A stretch of DNA of 64,000 bases from Eledone cirrhosa (Eukaryota), in assembly GCA_964016885.1 (NCBI GenBank), contig OZ024743.1, forward strand, positions 84,444,001-84,508,000. Direction: 5' to 3'. The notes below the pieces were generated by a model, which saw nothing but the letters and a program-made list of their open reading frames with translations, made no database searches and was not told where the DNA came from. Each line of letters begins with the position of its first letter. Within the stretch, counting starts at the first letter, position 1. Shown one piece after another: positions 12,428 to 27,467 of the stretch. The translations under genes and the position numbers were made by a program.

Positions 12428-14414
12428 TACACACTCACTCTCTCTCACACACACATATCAGGACATAACTATATCACCTCAACTGACACTGTTCTCTTGA
12501 AATCAAAGAACAACATTGTGACAGAACTATTTTAAATCAACTGGCCTTACTCTCTTTAACATTACATCAGAACTATTTCACTTCAATCAAGAATTTGGAG
12601 AGATTTGGTAAAATAAGTGAAAGGGTAAAAACTCCCTTCGGTCACAAATGACCATCAGATTTGCACCTAGAAAGTTCCCCTCCAAGCCATAGTTGCTTGT
12701 GGAAGACCAGTAATTGCCCATTCATACCAGTCTCCCCTCTCCACGCCACCAATGTTGGCCAAGGGAAAGACAATGACTGATACAGCTTGGCACCAGTGAC
12801 GTTGCAACTCATTTCTACAGCTGAGTGAACTGGAGCAATGTAAAGTATCTTGCTCAAGGACACAATATAAGGCCTGGTCTGAGAATCAAACTCACAACCT
12901 TATGATTATAAGCCCAATGCTCTAACCACTAACAATTGCATTATTAACCCTTTCATTGCCATTTTTTTAATGAAAGACACTACCTACAATTTTCAAATAA
13001 TTTTGAAAATAACCAAGAATTTGAATGGATTTAGTAATATAAATAGCTTTCTTATCAAAATGGTGTTTGGAACATAACAAAGGTTCTTATATAATATTAT
13101 GGTGGAAGGTTTTTAGATAAATATGATGATGAAGATATTCACTTTAAAGCAAGCAATTTTATATCATAGAACCAGGGGCAGTTTCAAGTGCTGAAATTTG
13201 GAACATAACTGAACAAAGGATCTTAAATAAAATTATAATGGAAGGGTTTAGATAAATATAAACCCTTTACAACAAAAAGCTTTGTATAATAAAACCAGGA
13301 GAGATTTCTGGTGGTTTGGTATCAAAAGGATTAAAGCACTCAATAGGTGTGCCAGTTAAACCCTTCTTTAATGTTAGTCACCTCAGGAATTCACTGGTTG
13401 GTATTATTCCACAAAGAAATATTTCAAATTTCTCTCTTGAGTTCAATTTTACTGTTCAGCTGAACAGCAACATTTATAATTATCTCTTCATCAATTAATA
13501 ATGAGTAATTGCCATATTTACTAATTAAATACCATAATAATAATAATGATGATTTCTAATTTAGGCACATGGCCAGCAAATTTGGTAGAAGAGGAAAGTC
13601 AATTATATAGACCCCAGTATTTGACTGGTACTTATTTTATCAACCCTGAAAGGATAAAAGGCAAAGTTGACCTCAGGGGGATTTGAACTCAATATAAAGA
13701 GCGGGAGCAAATACTGCAAGACATTTGTCTGACAATTCAATGACTCAGCCAACCCGCCATCCTAATTAAATATAATAATAATGGTTTCTGATTTAGGCAC
13801 AAGGCCAGCAATTTTGGGGGAGGGGAAAATCGATTAAATTGACCCCTGTGCATACTGGTACTTTATTTTATCAACCCTGCAAGGATGAAAGACAAAGCTA
13901 ACCTCGGCAAAATTTCAACTCAGAATGTAAAGGGATGTCACTCTATGCTATTAAGCAGGGTGTCTGATGCTCTTTAGATTTTGCCAATCCACCAGAAGAA
14001 ACAATAGAAAATAGAAAATAGGGTTTATAACCAAAAAAAGGAGAATCAACAAAAGGAAAACAGTAGATATAACAACAACAATATTAGTAATAAATAATAA
14101 TAATTCTGACAATTCCCCACATAATTTTAAAGAATAATGTTCTAAGCATAGCATTAATTGAATCATCATCACTGTTTAACGTCCATTTTTCCATGCTTGC
14201 ATGGGTTAGACGGGTCATCGACATTGGGAGACAAGTCTGGCCAGAATTAGCCACGCAGTACCTTGCTCTGACAGGACTGTAAATTTGAACATGTATTTAA
14301 CACCTACCACATTTACATTGAATATCAGAAGGATTTGGGCAGGTTTCTCCAGCTGTTGATCCTGAAAACATTAGCCATGTGTAATGTAGCACCAATAACT
14401 GGAAGATACATTAA

Positions 14415-14583
14415 CCCTTTATCATTTACATTACTCTATATTTACTATTGTATTTTCATGGTAAAGGCTTTATTATTTATTCTGAGAACAATACCTCAAT
14501 ATCAGTATGAGAGTTACAGCCGGTTTGAACAGAAAGAGGTGAGAGAATTCTGGCCAAATACAGCTGGCTTAAATACTAAAGGG
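14415..14583. mobile_element. piggyBac-like MITE (internally deleted copy)
   Basis: TTAA|CCCTTTA...TAAAGGG|TTAA. Same family as about 15952-16172, 33510-33727, 62345-62549 and 62860-63080. Confidence 0.7.
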
Positions 14584-16351
14584 TTAAACACATTATGAAC
14601 TATGAGTATATGGTTTAGAATAAGTACACTGTATGTTGTAAGAAGTGACTAAAAGTGTTGGTGTCATGAAAGGCATCTGGTTGTAAAACAATAACTCCCA
14701 AAATCACGTCCAGCCCATGCCAGCATACAAAAGTCAACATAAAAATGATGATGATAATTGTGATGAATGTGTATGGAGCTATAGGGACATGGTTGTGACA
14801 TCTTGAGCACTTTAAACCTGGCAGAACTCACTCTTTCTCCAAGTCTGAACCAGTCAATTTCTTCCAGAGAAGAAGAATTGACCTCCATGAAAGGTAATAT
14901 TGACCTTATCAGGATTTGAACTTACAGTACTCAGAAAAACCACTACAAAGTCAACACCTGAAAACACTGCATGAGGTGGAATTAGGCAAAGAAAAAAATC
15001 ACAACACACGCTAAGAAGTGTAGAACTCAATAGTTGAGATTGAAAGATTCTTTACTACCACACAGAATTAAAATATAATTGATATGGGATAAAGGTAAAG
15101 TTGTTCCTCCCCTGGATTTTAACATCATAGACAGAATTAAATACAAAAACAACAATACATTGTCCAGTTACCTTACATAACATTTCTGTTAACTTCTTAA
15201 ATATTGTTTTAGTGAGGAGGAGAAGAAGAGTGCCTATGACCCTTTTCAAGGCATTCCAAGACTAATGCTACTTTAGACCAGAAACCTACTTCAATGATTC
15301 AACAGAGTAGACTCTGCTAAAGGAACACAAGATTTAGGTGGTAAAGCTAAACTGAGCAATGGATTAAGTCTACCATCAAAGCGGGCCACAGCAGGATTTG
15401 AACTCGATATACAAACAGCCAGAATAAACAGCATCTCCATCCCATGCTCTAAAAATGCTGCCAATCTACCAACCTCAAAAGGATAAAAGGCAAAGTTGAC
15501 TTTGGTGGGATTTGAACTCAAGAATACAGAAAACTACAATAAATACTGCAAAGCACTTCACCCTACACTCTAATGATTATGCCAATTTGCCACCTAATTT
15601 ATATTCTTAATGTAATGAAAATAACGAATAATAATTAAACAATGCTTTAAAGAATGTAGATAAGACTATTTGGTAATTATAATTTACCAAAATAAATTCC
15701 AATATGAGTGCACACACAGACACACACAAAATAGTTTCTCTTTATCGAAACAAGTCATCGTCATCATTTTACATGTTTTCTATGCTGGCATGGTTGGACA
15801 AGTTATAATGGACTGAAAATAGATGGGCTGGAGGACAATGTCTTGCTCATACATTCCCTATTTGACATGGTTTCTACAGCTGGATATCCTTCCTAAAACC
15901 AAACATTTTACAGAGTGAACTGGGTGCACTAGAATTATGAAATGTTATTTAACCCTTTAGCATTTACATTACTCTGTATATTACTATTGTATTTTCATGG
16001 TAAACACTTTATTTCACATAATTATCACACATAATATCAAATCTCGAGATTTTGATATTATTTATTTTGAGAATAATACCTTAACATAAGTATGAGCAGC
16101 CAGTTATGGCCAGTTTGATCAGAAGATGGTGAGATAATTCTGGCTGAATATAGTCAATTCAAATGCTAAAGAGTTAAAGATGTTTTTATTACAATTATTT
16201 TTAGTTTAACAGCTGCATTCATGACTGTGTGGCTAAAGATTTTGCTCCACAACCATGTAATTTCAGCTCATTCACACTGCATGGCATCCGGGTCAAGTAT
16301 CATCTACTATATATTCATGTTAACCAATGCCTTATGAGTGAAATTTGTTAG

Positions 16352-16551
16352 NNNNNNNNNNNNNNNNNNNNNNNNNNNNNNNNNNNNNNNNNNNNNNNNN
16401 NNNNNNNNNNNNNNNNNNNNNNNNNNNNNNNNNNNNNNNNNNNNNNNNNNNNNNNNNNNNNNNNNNNNNNNNNNNNNNNNNNNNNNNNNNNNNNNNNNNN
16501 NNNNNNNNNNNNNNNNNNNNNNNNNNNNNNNNNNNNNNNNNNNNNNNNNNN
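16352..16551. other. Assembly gap (200 N)
   Basis: Run of N. Confidence 1.
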
Positions 16552-16751
16552 AGCAATGTAGTAAATGTAGAAAAACAGTGTTTCATTGTAAAATAATTAC
16601 TCCAGATATTTTAGCACCTTTTTATGTAGAATTGTTGGTGAAAATCAGCAAAATATTGACCACAGATAATAAGCCGACTCCCATTTTAGTATCAAATTTT
16701 TTGTCGCATATTTCTCAGTTTATATTCAGGTGTATATGGTACATGCATATA

Positions 16752-16998
16752 GGCATCGTCATGGGTTCGATTCCTGGACTGGGTTACGTGTTATGTTCTT
16801 GAGCAAAACACTTCATTTCACATTGCTCCAGTATACTCAGCTGATAATGAGTACTAGCAATAGCTAGGGGTTTAACCCTGCGATGAACTGATGTCTTGTC
16901 CAGGAGGAAGTCTTGCACTTTCAGTCGCTTAAACCACAGAAACTGGGACAAGTACCAGTCTGATGAGCCTCTAGGCTCGAGACAGACTTTAGACTTTA
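16752..16998 (+). mobile_element. 5'-truncated CORE-like SINE with a different 3' tail
   Basis: B box GGTTCGATTCC and the same CTTGAGCAAAACACTT..TGCTCCAGT body as family A, but a distinct tail ending (AGACTTT)2. Confidence 0.6.
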
Positions 16999-17106
16999 TA
17001 TACATATATATATTCCTTCTTTGTGAAGCTGGCAATTACACTCTATAAGTCTATTTCTTTACTCTTTTGAGAATTGATGATATAGTTCTAGCTTTGATAT
17101 ATATAT

Positions 17107-17436
17107 GGAGGCACATGGCTTAGTGGTTAGAGCATTGGCCTTGCAATCGAAAGGTTGTGAGTTCAATTCTCAGACCGGGTGATGTGTTGTTTCCTTGAGC
17201 AAGACACTTTATTTCACATTGCTCCAGTTAACTCAGCTGTAGAAATGAGATGAAAGGGACTGGGGTCCATATCATTCCACTGCAAAGTGGTCGTGGAAGT
17301 GCCACGGCAAAAAAGCACCCAGCACTCACTGTAAATGAGGTTGGTGTTAGGAAGGGCATCCAGCTGTAGAAATCAAGCCAGAGTCAGTTCCCGTCCCACC
17401 CTTGCAAGCAGGGAAAAGCGGATGTAAAATGATGAT
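17107..17436 (+). mobile_element. SINE family A, full length
   Basis: Near-identical to 12079-12427. Inserted in TA repeat. Confidence 0.85.
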
Positions 17437-19107
17437 ATATATGATATTTATATATGAGAGAGAGTGTGTGTGTATATCATCAACATCATATATATATTAC
17501 ACAGTTATATCCAGCCCAGCTTTACTAGACACTTACTACAGCTGTTCTTATCAACTAAGATAAAGCTAGTTAACATGAAATGACCTCAACACAGTAGTGA
17601 GCAATGTTATTTTATGTTATTATAAGCACCATATGGTCACCACTCCCCTCCGCCCTCTTCTCTCTCTCAACAGAATAGACTGGATAATGGGTTTAACTGG
17701 ATAACAACAACTGTTACTGCTGCTGTCAGATCTCAAATTTATTTCCTCTGCTTTGATTGGTCCATTTTAACCTTTAGTCTGATTCATACCAAACTGTTCA
17801 TATGGTCCCTAGGACAATGGCTGCTCAGACATACCACTGGCTATTTCTGACGTTACCCAGGTACAGGACACAGAATAATTCATTGATTGTTGAAGAGGGT
17901 AGATTCAGATTGGAAAATTATATATATATATATATATATAGATTCATGTTAACTAATGTCTTGTGAATGATATTTGATACATATATGTATATCTAGAGAG
18001 AGGAAAAAAGCTTTTTTATCCCACACGGGTAGAAATATATACAAAAGAAATTGAAAATGAATTTGAAGTCTTCAAGAAGATTCATTTACATTAACTCAAC
18101 CAGTTTCACAATTTCATGATTTTCAAAAGTTATGTAAAATGGAGCTATGCCATAACTGTCTTGCCAAGACTGGGGTATAGGTATAGAGTGTGCTGCTCCC
18201 TCCTCATTTCCCTATTTAATGTTATATGTTTTTCGTTTCTTTTTGTTTTGTCTTTTAATATGCAAACATTGATTAATTGTAAATTTCTTTCTTTTATTTC
18301 TAAATAAAATTTATGAATTGTTAAAAGTTAGTCATTTGAAATTAAAAATGATATATAAAATGTTCACAAGAGTTTCAAGGAAATACTAATGTGAACGAAT
18401 GCTAGTAACACAGTCTTAACATTGACCTAATTCTAACCCCTAGACTTATTTCACATCAGTGCTTCCAAAGTGGGAGGTTGTCAATTCCATTCTGTCAATT
18501 TAATCTAAGTCAAGCAGAGAATAGACACTGAATTGGCAGAATTCGGATAGAATGTTTTGTAATATTCATTCCAGCTCTCAGCACACTGAGTTCAAAACTC
18601 ACCGAAGTCAATAAAAATACCAGTCATGTACAGGGGTCAATTTGTCCTGTATATCTTCTCACTTCCTTTCCTCTCTCTCTGTTCTTCTGGAGGAAATCAG
18701 CTGTGTTCTGACATGGAGAGGGGAGGAGCTCAGCCAAATTTTAAAAGTGTTCCAGACACACTGTGTGTCACTTTACAGCAGGTACTGGAAGTATTTTATC
18801 ATAACCCTGCTACTACAATCATAAATTTATCTTTGTATATTACTTATACTAAGAGGAAAGTTTTCAAATAAAGCATTTATTTATCTATTTATTCTTATGC
18901 TCAGTTTCTCACTACAATAAACAAAGTTACATAAACCTTAACATAGCTGTTGTTGCTGATTGAGTAAACCTATAACTAAAGGCGCTCCAGCTGTAACCAT
19001 CCTGTCTTTTTTTTTATTGTGAATATCTAGGATTACATCTGTCTTTCCATTTTTTAAAGGTGATAGGATGTTATAAAACATCAGTATCATCATCAACACC
19101 AACAATA

Positions 19108-19262
19108 CAAGAAAAAGAAGAAAAAGAAAAAGAAGAAAAAGAAAAAGAAGAAAAAGAAAAAGAAAAAAGAAGAAAAAGAAAAAGAAAGAAGAAGAAGAAG
19201 AAAGAAGAAGAAAGAAGAAGAAAGAAGAAGGAAGAAAGAAGAAAGAAGAAGAAGAAGAAGAC
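19108..19262. repeat. Polypurine (GAA/GAAAAA)n tract
   Basis: Seen directly. Confidence 0.95.
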
Positions 19263-21459
19263 AGAATTTAGTCAGCATAAGCTTATTTTTATAGAAAGAT
19301 GGAGGGGGATAAGAGAAAGTTCCAGATAAACTTCAAAAGAAGAGGGAGGGGGGATATCAGTTTATTTTGGAGATAAGGTTGAGAAACTATCCAGAAAGGA
19401 GAGATGTGTTACCTCCTTTTATTTCTAGTTGAATAAATATATATACAAATGTGTGTTTAGCGTAGTTGAAACATTCATATCAGTTGGAAGAACCACTAAT
19501 ACAGAACTTTATGATGGTCTGCCCAACTTAACTAAAAAGATAGCTCAGCAAAGATTGTGATTGACAAGTCACTGTGTGAGATAGTCTGAAGAAATAGCTT
19601 CAAATCTGGTGCAATACAAGGATGGATTAACCTTGGGAGACACCCCCACTGACTTTATAAACAAACTTCAAAGAGACACCAATCTAAAGAACAAAGAGAC
19701 ACTGATCTATTAGAAATACAAACAGTGATGGCGGAGAGAGATGTCTGGTATACAGTTTCTTTATTTGGTTCGACTTAAAGATCAGCTCAGATGAAATGTT
19801 AGGGAGGTAAAAAAATATGGAGCTAGCAACAAGCAGTTCATTGGATGATTTTTTATGAACTCCTAACAGTGGAAATATCTGGTATCAAGGGTCCCTAAAC
19901 TACCTCCCTACTTGCTTCAATCAAAATGGAGATGGCCATCCATAAGAATGGCTCAACAAGAAGACAGTCCAAGTTAGACTGTGTTCTTGGTCAGCCCATA
20001 GCAGTGGAAACATCTGGCATTATGGGTCCGCAAACCACCTCCCTCCCTATTTAATGCAATCAAGATGGAAATGGGGCATTCTGGTTTCCCAAACCACCTC
20101 CCTCCCTACTTACTGTAATCAAAAGAGGGAAGACCATTTACAATAATGAAACTTCGCATACAACAGGCTCTTTCAGCACATCTTCCTCAATATCGTTTGC
20201 GGTAAAACATTCATAATACTGTCCACTGGGACCATGAGGTAACATCCATCTGATGTTTTGCCAAAGACATTCATTTTATAAAACTGTGAGATGTGTCTCT
20301 TGTTGTATAATATAGCGATACCGTTGTTTGTTATTTGAAAAATGAAAAAGAAAATTTGGCACATACTACAGGATGTAAAACATTAGAAAAAAAGATAGAT
20401 GAGATGATTATGAACAAATAGGATATTATTGAACCTAGTTTAGGGAGTCAATAAATAAATTATGAGGGTAGATATGGCTTAAAGAACTGAAGTAATGATA
20501 TCTTTTCCCTCATGTGCAATATTATTTTTTCTCATCAAATGTAGTTGAAATGCAAAATAGTTGGAATAAAGTTTGACTTACCTTTCTTCTTACTCAGGTA
20601 GTAAAATGAGGGGTCAACAAGAGCTTAATGAGGGGCCAAAGAAAGGTCAAAGAGGAGTCAACTTATCCCTATCAACAGTCAATTACTTCTAATTAAGAAA
20701 TAAGATTTAATACTTCAGTCTGGCCTCTCTAATCTTGGTGGTCCTAAGTCGTGTTGGACCTAGATCACTTCCAATGACAAGTGTTCCAGTTGTTTCATCA
20801 ATGGGACAGCCTGGTCATGAAATTAACATGCAACTAGCTGAAGATTCCACAGACATGTGTACCCTTAATGCAGAGAGATTCAGCAAAACACAGTGTGTAA
20901 CAAAGTTAGTCATTTGAATTACTGGTAGAACTAATTTTTTTTTAGTTTATTGGATTGGAGCAATGTGAAATAAAGGGTCTTGCTCAAGGACACAATGTGT
21001 TGCTGGAAATCAAACTCTCAACCATATGATCGTGGGTTAGACACCCTAACCACTAAGCTACATGCTGTCAAGGTCATATGTAAATCAATAGACAATCAAT
21101 CAAATTCTAGTAACTGGTGCAGTCAGTCGTTAGGTGACACTCTAAACATTTGACATTTCAATGGCCTTTAGAAATGCTTGGCAATGCCCAATTCCTCTTC
21201 AATTGTCCAGTCCTTCATTAAGTCTAGCCTACCAGTAGGAGCAGTTATTAGGGTGTGGCTGAAAAATGTCCCAGAGTCAGCAGTGGGAGTCAGGTGAGAA
21301 CCAGTCTACCTGTCTATCCCTAATGATGCCACTGTTGGACATCAAGGTGTGCTCTCTACTAAAACACTCCAGTTTTGAGATAATCTTTCTTTAAATCCTG
21401 GATAATGATATGACCGGTAAAACTATTGATAAAATAGTGAAAAAAAGAACTGAGCTTAC

Positions 21460-21611
21460 CTTGGGTTACCTCTCAGCGCAGCATGGTGGAGGGCATTGAA
21501 GCCATTATTGTTAGTGATAGCAATGTCAGCTCCATTCTCCAACAATAAAGTAATCATGTCATCCCTCTTCTTGCTGATGGCATCATGTAATGGAGAATCA
21601 CCCTCAGAGTC
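21460..21611 (-). CDS. MIB1: MIB1 coding exon (ankyrin repeats; 152 nt)
   Basis: [50 protein letters not shown]. Acceptor tttcag, donor AG|gtaagc. Phase 0 to 2. Confidence 0.97.
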
Positions 21612-24600
21612 CTGAAATGGTAAAATATTCACAAACATTTACAATGTCCGTAGTTTAGCTGTTTTGCTAACAAAATGCATACTACTACTAAGCCACCGCT
21701 GTTTTGATCTCTTGTTGACCACTATTTGATCTCTCATTGATCTCTCTCAGTCAAAATTAAACCATTACCACCAGCACCATCATCATCATCATCATTGTCA
21801 GTGTTTAATGATGTCTATTTTCCATGCTTGCATGGGTTTGACAGGATGTCATATTATAAGGTTCAACAGATTAGGTGACTAAGCTTTGCTCATACACTTC
21901 GTTTTTGGTTTGGTTACTATGGCTAGATATCCTTCTTAACATCAGTCACTTTACAGTGTGTACTGGGAGCTTTTTATCATGACTCCGGTATTACCACTTT
22001 ACAGGGTAGACTATGCGCTTTAGTCATAGCACCAGCACTACCACCTTTTAGGGTGAATTGGGTGGTTTTCATTGTGGAACCAGCACTCCCTCTTTACACG
22101 GTGAACTAAGTGTTTTAGTCATGGCACCAGCACAGGGTGGACAGGGTGCATTTTACTGTGGCCCCACCACATTAATCAATCTAACTATTGTTTGGCCAAG
22201 ACAAAAAGCACCATGTCCACCATGTAAGGTGGTAGTGCAGGAGTCCTAATAAAATATTTTCAGTACATGCTGTAATGTGTTTGGCAATAAGGGCATCTAG
22301 TCATACAATCCAAGCTAACAGCAAGGTGTATAAACAAGACATAGTCACGCCGCCTGTCTAACCTCAGTATGTATCAAAACTGTGTAAACCATGCAAATAT
22401 AGACATTAAACGGTGATGATAGTAGTGGTGATGATGATGATGATGATGATGGAGCTATTCCCCATCCCTGCTGCCACTATATATAACATTAAGACTATAC
22501 TGGTGACATTTTATGATTTAACCCTCTTATTAACATATTTCTAATGAAAGACACTGTCAATGGTTTCCAAATAAATTTGAAAATAATTAACAATTTGAAT
22601 GGATTTACTAGTATGGCTAATTTTTTTTTTTATTAAACTGGTGTTTGGAATATAGCTTAACCTTTCCGATATCAACCCAGCCAAAACCAACTCTGGTGCT
22701 ATGAAACAAAAACCACCCATTTTAAAAAGGTTCCTATTTAAATTATAATCTTCCAGCATGATTTTACATAAGAAATAATAATTTTATTATATACCTATAA
22801 ATTCTTTATTTAATTAATAGAAATATACTGTATTTCATCAGAAATATCCTCATGAAAGGTTTAACAAAGGTTCTTGCATAAAACTATGACAAAGTTTTTA
22901 GATAAATATAAACACTTTAAAACAAGCAGCTTTGTATCATAGAACCAGAGGTAGTTTTAGGTAGTTTGGTATCAAAAAGGTTAATACTGGTGCTATTGTC
23001 TAATGACTAGACTCCAGTCAAAGGTCAGCTTTCATCCAGGAGTGACCACTGTATTTTATGTTCAGGTATAGTTTATCTAGGACTACATCATTCAATGTGT
23101 AGAAGTCTGTCAATGAACTAAGTGGAAGTAAGAATAAGATTTGAAACCCCTAAAATCGGACATATGATGATGATGATAACACTTAACATCCTGTACCACA
23201 TGAAACCGCATTAGCAAGACATTATTGAAAAGTATAAAACTGCTGCACTATGTCTGCATCACAGAAAAATTCAATTTTTTACTCTAACAAACTGCAAATC
23301 TTCACAACAATCTGTCAACAAATAAAGATATTATAAACTGTTGAATTAACCAATCTGTTTTAAAATATTTTCTTCTAAATTATTACAGGATGTTAAGAGT
23401 TAAGAAACAAATGGTTGTTTGCTGAGGGTGGGTATACAGCTTTGAGAGGTAGTATAGTGTGTGTGTGGGAGGGGTTAACAAAGTGAAAGATAGTATGTAT
23501 GTGGTAACTTGGTAAGAGTTAGTATGTGTGGCTTTGGCTGTGGTAGTGAAGTGGGAGGTGTGTATGCATATATGTATGTATGTTTGCATGTATGTATATA
23601 TGTATGTATAGGTGAGATTTATTATGTATGCTTGTACGTATGTATGTATATATATATATGGGTGTGGTAGCAAAGTAAGAGATATGTATATACACCTGTA
23701 TGTACGTATGTATGCATGTATGTATGTATGTACGCATGTATGTATGTACATATGTGTATATATGTATGTATATATGTGTATATATGTGTGTGGTAGCTAG
23801 TATATGCAACCTCTAAACTCAGTAAAGGTTTCATACAGCTAACTTTATAATGCAGCAACTGCACTCATATCCGCAGTTATAACTGCAATAATTGGTGGAG
23901 GTAAAATCATGTCAGTATGTGGTTTGATGCAGGAAACTTGGTGTTTCATATCATACACACACCTGCATACACACACAAATACACAAACATGCATATACAC
24001 TTACACAGACACAATTGTGCACACACACAATACACACTTTTACATGCATATACACACAACTGCATACACACACACATGCATGAACACAAATACACAAATG
24101 TGCATATAGGTATACAGATGTATACACACACTTGCACATCCACACAATACACACATTTACTTGCAAACACACACACAAGCATGCACCCAAACATGCCTAC
24201 ATACACACATGTACAAACACACACAAATCCATGAACACAAATATGAAAACATGCATATCATAATCGTTTAATGTCTATCTTCCACGCTAGCATGAGTTTA
24301 TGTATATATATTATACACACACACACACATGCACCCACATAATTGCACACACATACATGATACACTTACCAATATATCCACATTTACATACACATACAGA
24401 TGTATACACACACATACATATACACACAGTTTACATACATCCACAGTGTGTATCAAGTATTCTTATACGCTTATGTGAAAACTTACATTATAAGCGTATG
24501 TATGTTTGTGTATTGATGTGTAAATGTAAGTTTATGTATATATGTAACTGTATATATGTGTAAACATATGTGAGTGTGGGTATATAAGTGTATGCATGCA

Positions 24601-24954
24601 TTTGTGTATATGTGTCTATATAAATGTTTGTGTATGTGTATATATATATATATATATATAATCATGTGTGCAAATGTGTGTCTGTGCGTATTTGTATGTA
24701 TTTATGTTTGTATGTATGTGTGTGTGTATATGTATATATATACATACACATATGCATGTACGTATGTGTGTGTATGTATATATATAAATATGTATGTGTG
24801 TGTATGTCTGTGCCAGCCTACCAAAGAATTCTCCCCAACTCTACCATGTACAGAAGCTGATGTAATCTCAATACTTCAACAAAACTATTTAAAGTGGAGA
24901 AATAATGGAAATAGTTGGAGAAGGCAGTCATCGGAGGTTGGCAGGAGATCAACG

Positions 24955-25980
24955 ATGGTTGAGGGCAACACCCATTCTTACATAAGGGGGTATACAGGAA
25001 GGAAACATAGTGATCTGCTAGCTATCAAACAAATGATGGTTGAGGGCAACACCCATTCTTACATAAGGGGGTATACAGGAAGGAAACATCGTGGTCTGCT
25101 AGCTATCAAACAAATGATAGTTGAGGGCAACACCCATTCTTACATAAGAGGGTATACAGGAAGGAAACAGCGTGATCTGCTAGCTATCAAACAAATGATG
25201 GTTGAGGGCAACACCCATTCTTACATAAGGGAGTATACAGGAAGAAAACAAATGCACTTCATCTGGCTCTGCTGGCATCAAACAATTTCACTATATGACC
25301 TCCCAGTAAGATGGTTGTGGGCAGCACCCATTCTAACGTAAGGGGGTATACAGGAGGTAAACATATAGACTTGATCGCTAGCTATCAAACAAATAATGGT
25401 TCACATCAACACCCATTCTAATATAAAGGAGTGTAAAGTAAGTAACTAACTAACAAACAAATATTGATTGAGAGCAAAACCCATTCTAACATAAAGGGGT
25501 GTACAGGAGGTAAAGATATGGACCTGCTAGCTATCAAACAAATAATGGCTGAGGGCAACACCCATTGTTATATCATGGAGAGGCATAGGAGGTAAGCATC
25601 TAGACTTGAGCTGGATCTGCTACCATCAAATAATCCCACTTGAGGGCAATACCCATTGTTATAAAAGGGGTTGTAAAGGAGGTAAACATAAATCTACTAC
25701 CATCATACAAGTTGGTTGAAGGTTACACCCATTGTTACATAGAGGGGAAGTACACAAAGTAAACATCTGGATCTACTAGTATCAAACAAACCATCTATAC
25801 TACCCCCAGTCAGGTGATTAAGGGCAACCCCCTCCCTTGTTACATAGGGGGAGAGAGTACATTAGGTAAACAACTGGCTCTACTACCAACAAACCACAGC
25901 ACATTAGGGCAACACCCATTGTAACATGGGGGGAGAGTACAAGAAATAAACATCTGGCTCAGCTAGCATCAAATAACCCC
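24955..25980. repeat. 81-bp minisatellite with a decaying right side
   Basis: Units start at 24955, 25036, 25117 and 25198 (ATGGTTGAGGGCAACACCCATTCTTACATAAG...). Progressively diverged copies continue to about 25980. Confidence 0.85.
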
Positions 25981-27467
25981 ACTATACCACCCCCAGTCAG
26001 TTAAACCAATGAGACCCACCCACAGCATTGCAGAGATTGCTCTATTGTTAGTTTTTAAAAACAACACACCACCACCACACACTCAACACCCGAGTACAAT
26101 AGAGTACATTTTATAACACATTACTCCTCTGTATCATAATAGAGTACACTTTATAATGCACCCTTCTTTATCATAGACCTTATAATACAACCCTCCCTTG
26201 TATCTTAGTTGAATATATTCTATAACCCCACTCTATCTATCATAGTAGAGTATAGTTTACACACTCCCACCCACCATCACCCAGTAAAGCTATAGTATAA
26301 TACTCTATGACCAACTCCACAACATCTAAAATAAATGTTACCTGGAGAAGCAGTTTTCGGTGGTGTTGCAACTTTTATCATAGGCCCAGTTAAGATATTT
26401 GGGATCTGGTTGGGACCAGACCTTCAGAGAGTGAAAAACTGGGAAGTCGTTAAAAATAGTGTGGCCAGTCGCAAATAAGTTAAGAGGAGGCTGTCCTAGA
26501 AAGAGTCAAACGACATTGCCTGACACTGAGATGAAGTCATAAATATGGTGGACAGTCTGAAATAGGCTGTCCTAGAAAGGGTCAAATGGCATTGACTAAC
26601 ATCTATATGATGATGATGATGATGATGGTGATCACTTTGGAGTCCCATCAAACAACTGACCAGACTGGAGCATATGCTCTTCTTGATGGAAAGGCAGGTT
26701 CTGCTGTTAAGGAGGTTCACTGGGGGTCTCAAGAGTATGGACAGAAACATGCTATGGATGACACATCTGCAGAGATTCCTGAATAGTGGCAATAGGGAAC
26801 TGGTGGGGAAGCAAATCTTTCCGAGGTTTGGTATTTAGCATCTGGAATATTGCCAGGTACTCACTGCCCTCTACTAGCTGAACAAAGTAGTTAGTAAAAC
26901 ATTAACCCTCATATTCTAAATAGTTAGTAGAGCATATGAGTGATAATGGCCTGGGAGTGACTCAGTGGTCAGGGGAATCACTGTTCTCTATTATCAGGAC
27001 AATGACGACTTAATTTGATGAAGAAAAACTAATTTGTGTGTGTGTACATTCACGCACATGCTCATGTTGGAATCAATTTCAGTAAATCTTTCAAGTGCAT
27101 GTACCATGATAAAATGCATCCAGTACACTTTGTAAAATGGTTGGTGTAAGGAAAGGCATCCAGCTGTAGAAATTATACAAACACTGGAACATATGTAAGC
27201 GAGATGTGGCACTGGGCTGATCTGGATGACAACAGCTCTGAATAAATACTGTCTGTAAGAATACATCCAGCCCATGCCAACATAAGCAAAATGGATGTTA
27301 TATGATTTTAAAGATGATATTTTTCTATTTCCCTAATCAATCCTAATAAATATATCCTTGAATAAACTGTTGGAGGCAACATTTGAAGTCTATGATAACA
27401 CAATATATTTATATATCATTATCATCAACATTTAATGTTTTCTCTGTTATATATGTAGATTGACATA

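Noticed and set aside
16332-16802. ORFs spanning X residues
   Set aside because: Artefacts of the N gap.
16955-16990. CTGATGAGCCTCTAGGCTCGAGAC hammerhead-like hairpin
   Set aside because: No GAAA core; it is the stem-loop of a SINE tail.
19060-19329. Lys/Glu/Arg-rich 89-aa ORF
   Set aside because: Translation of a polypurine simple repeat.
20521-20545. Minus-strand DEK-like codons as a candidate next mib1 exon
   Set aside because: Followed immediately by TAA, with no ankyrin motif.
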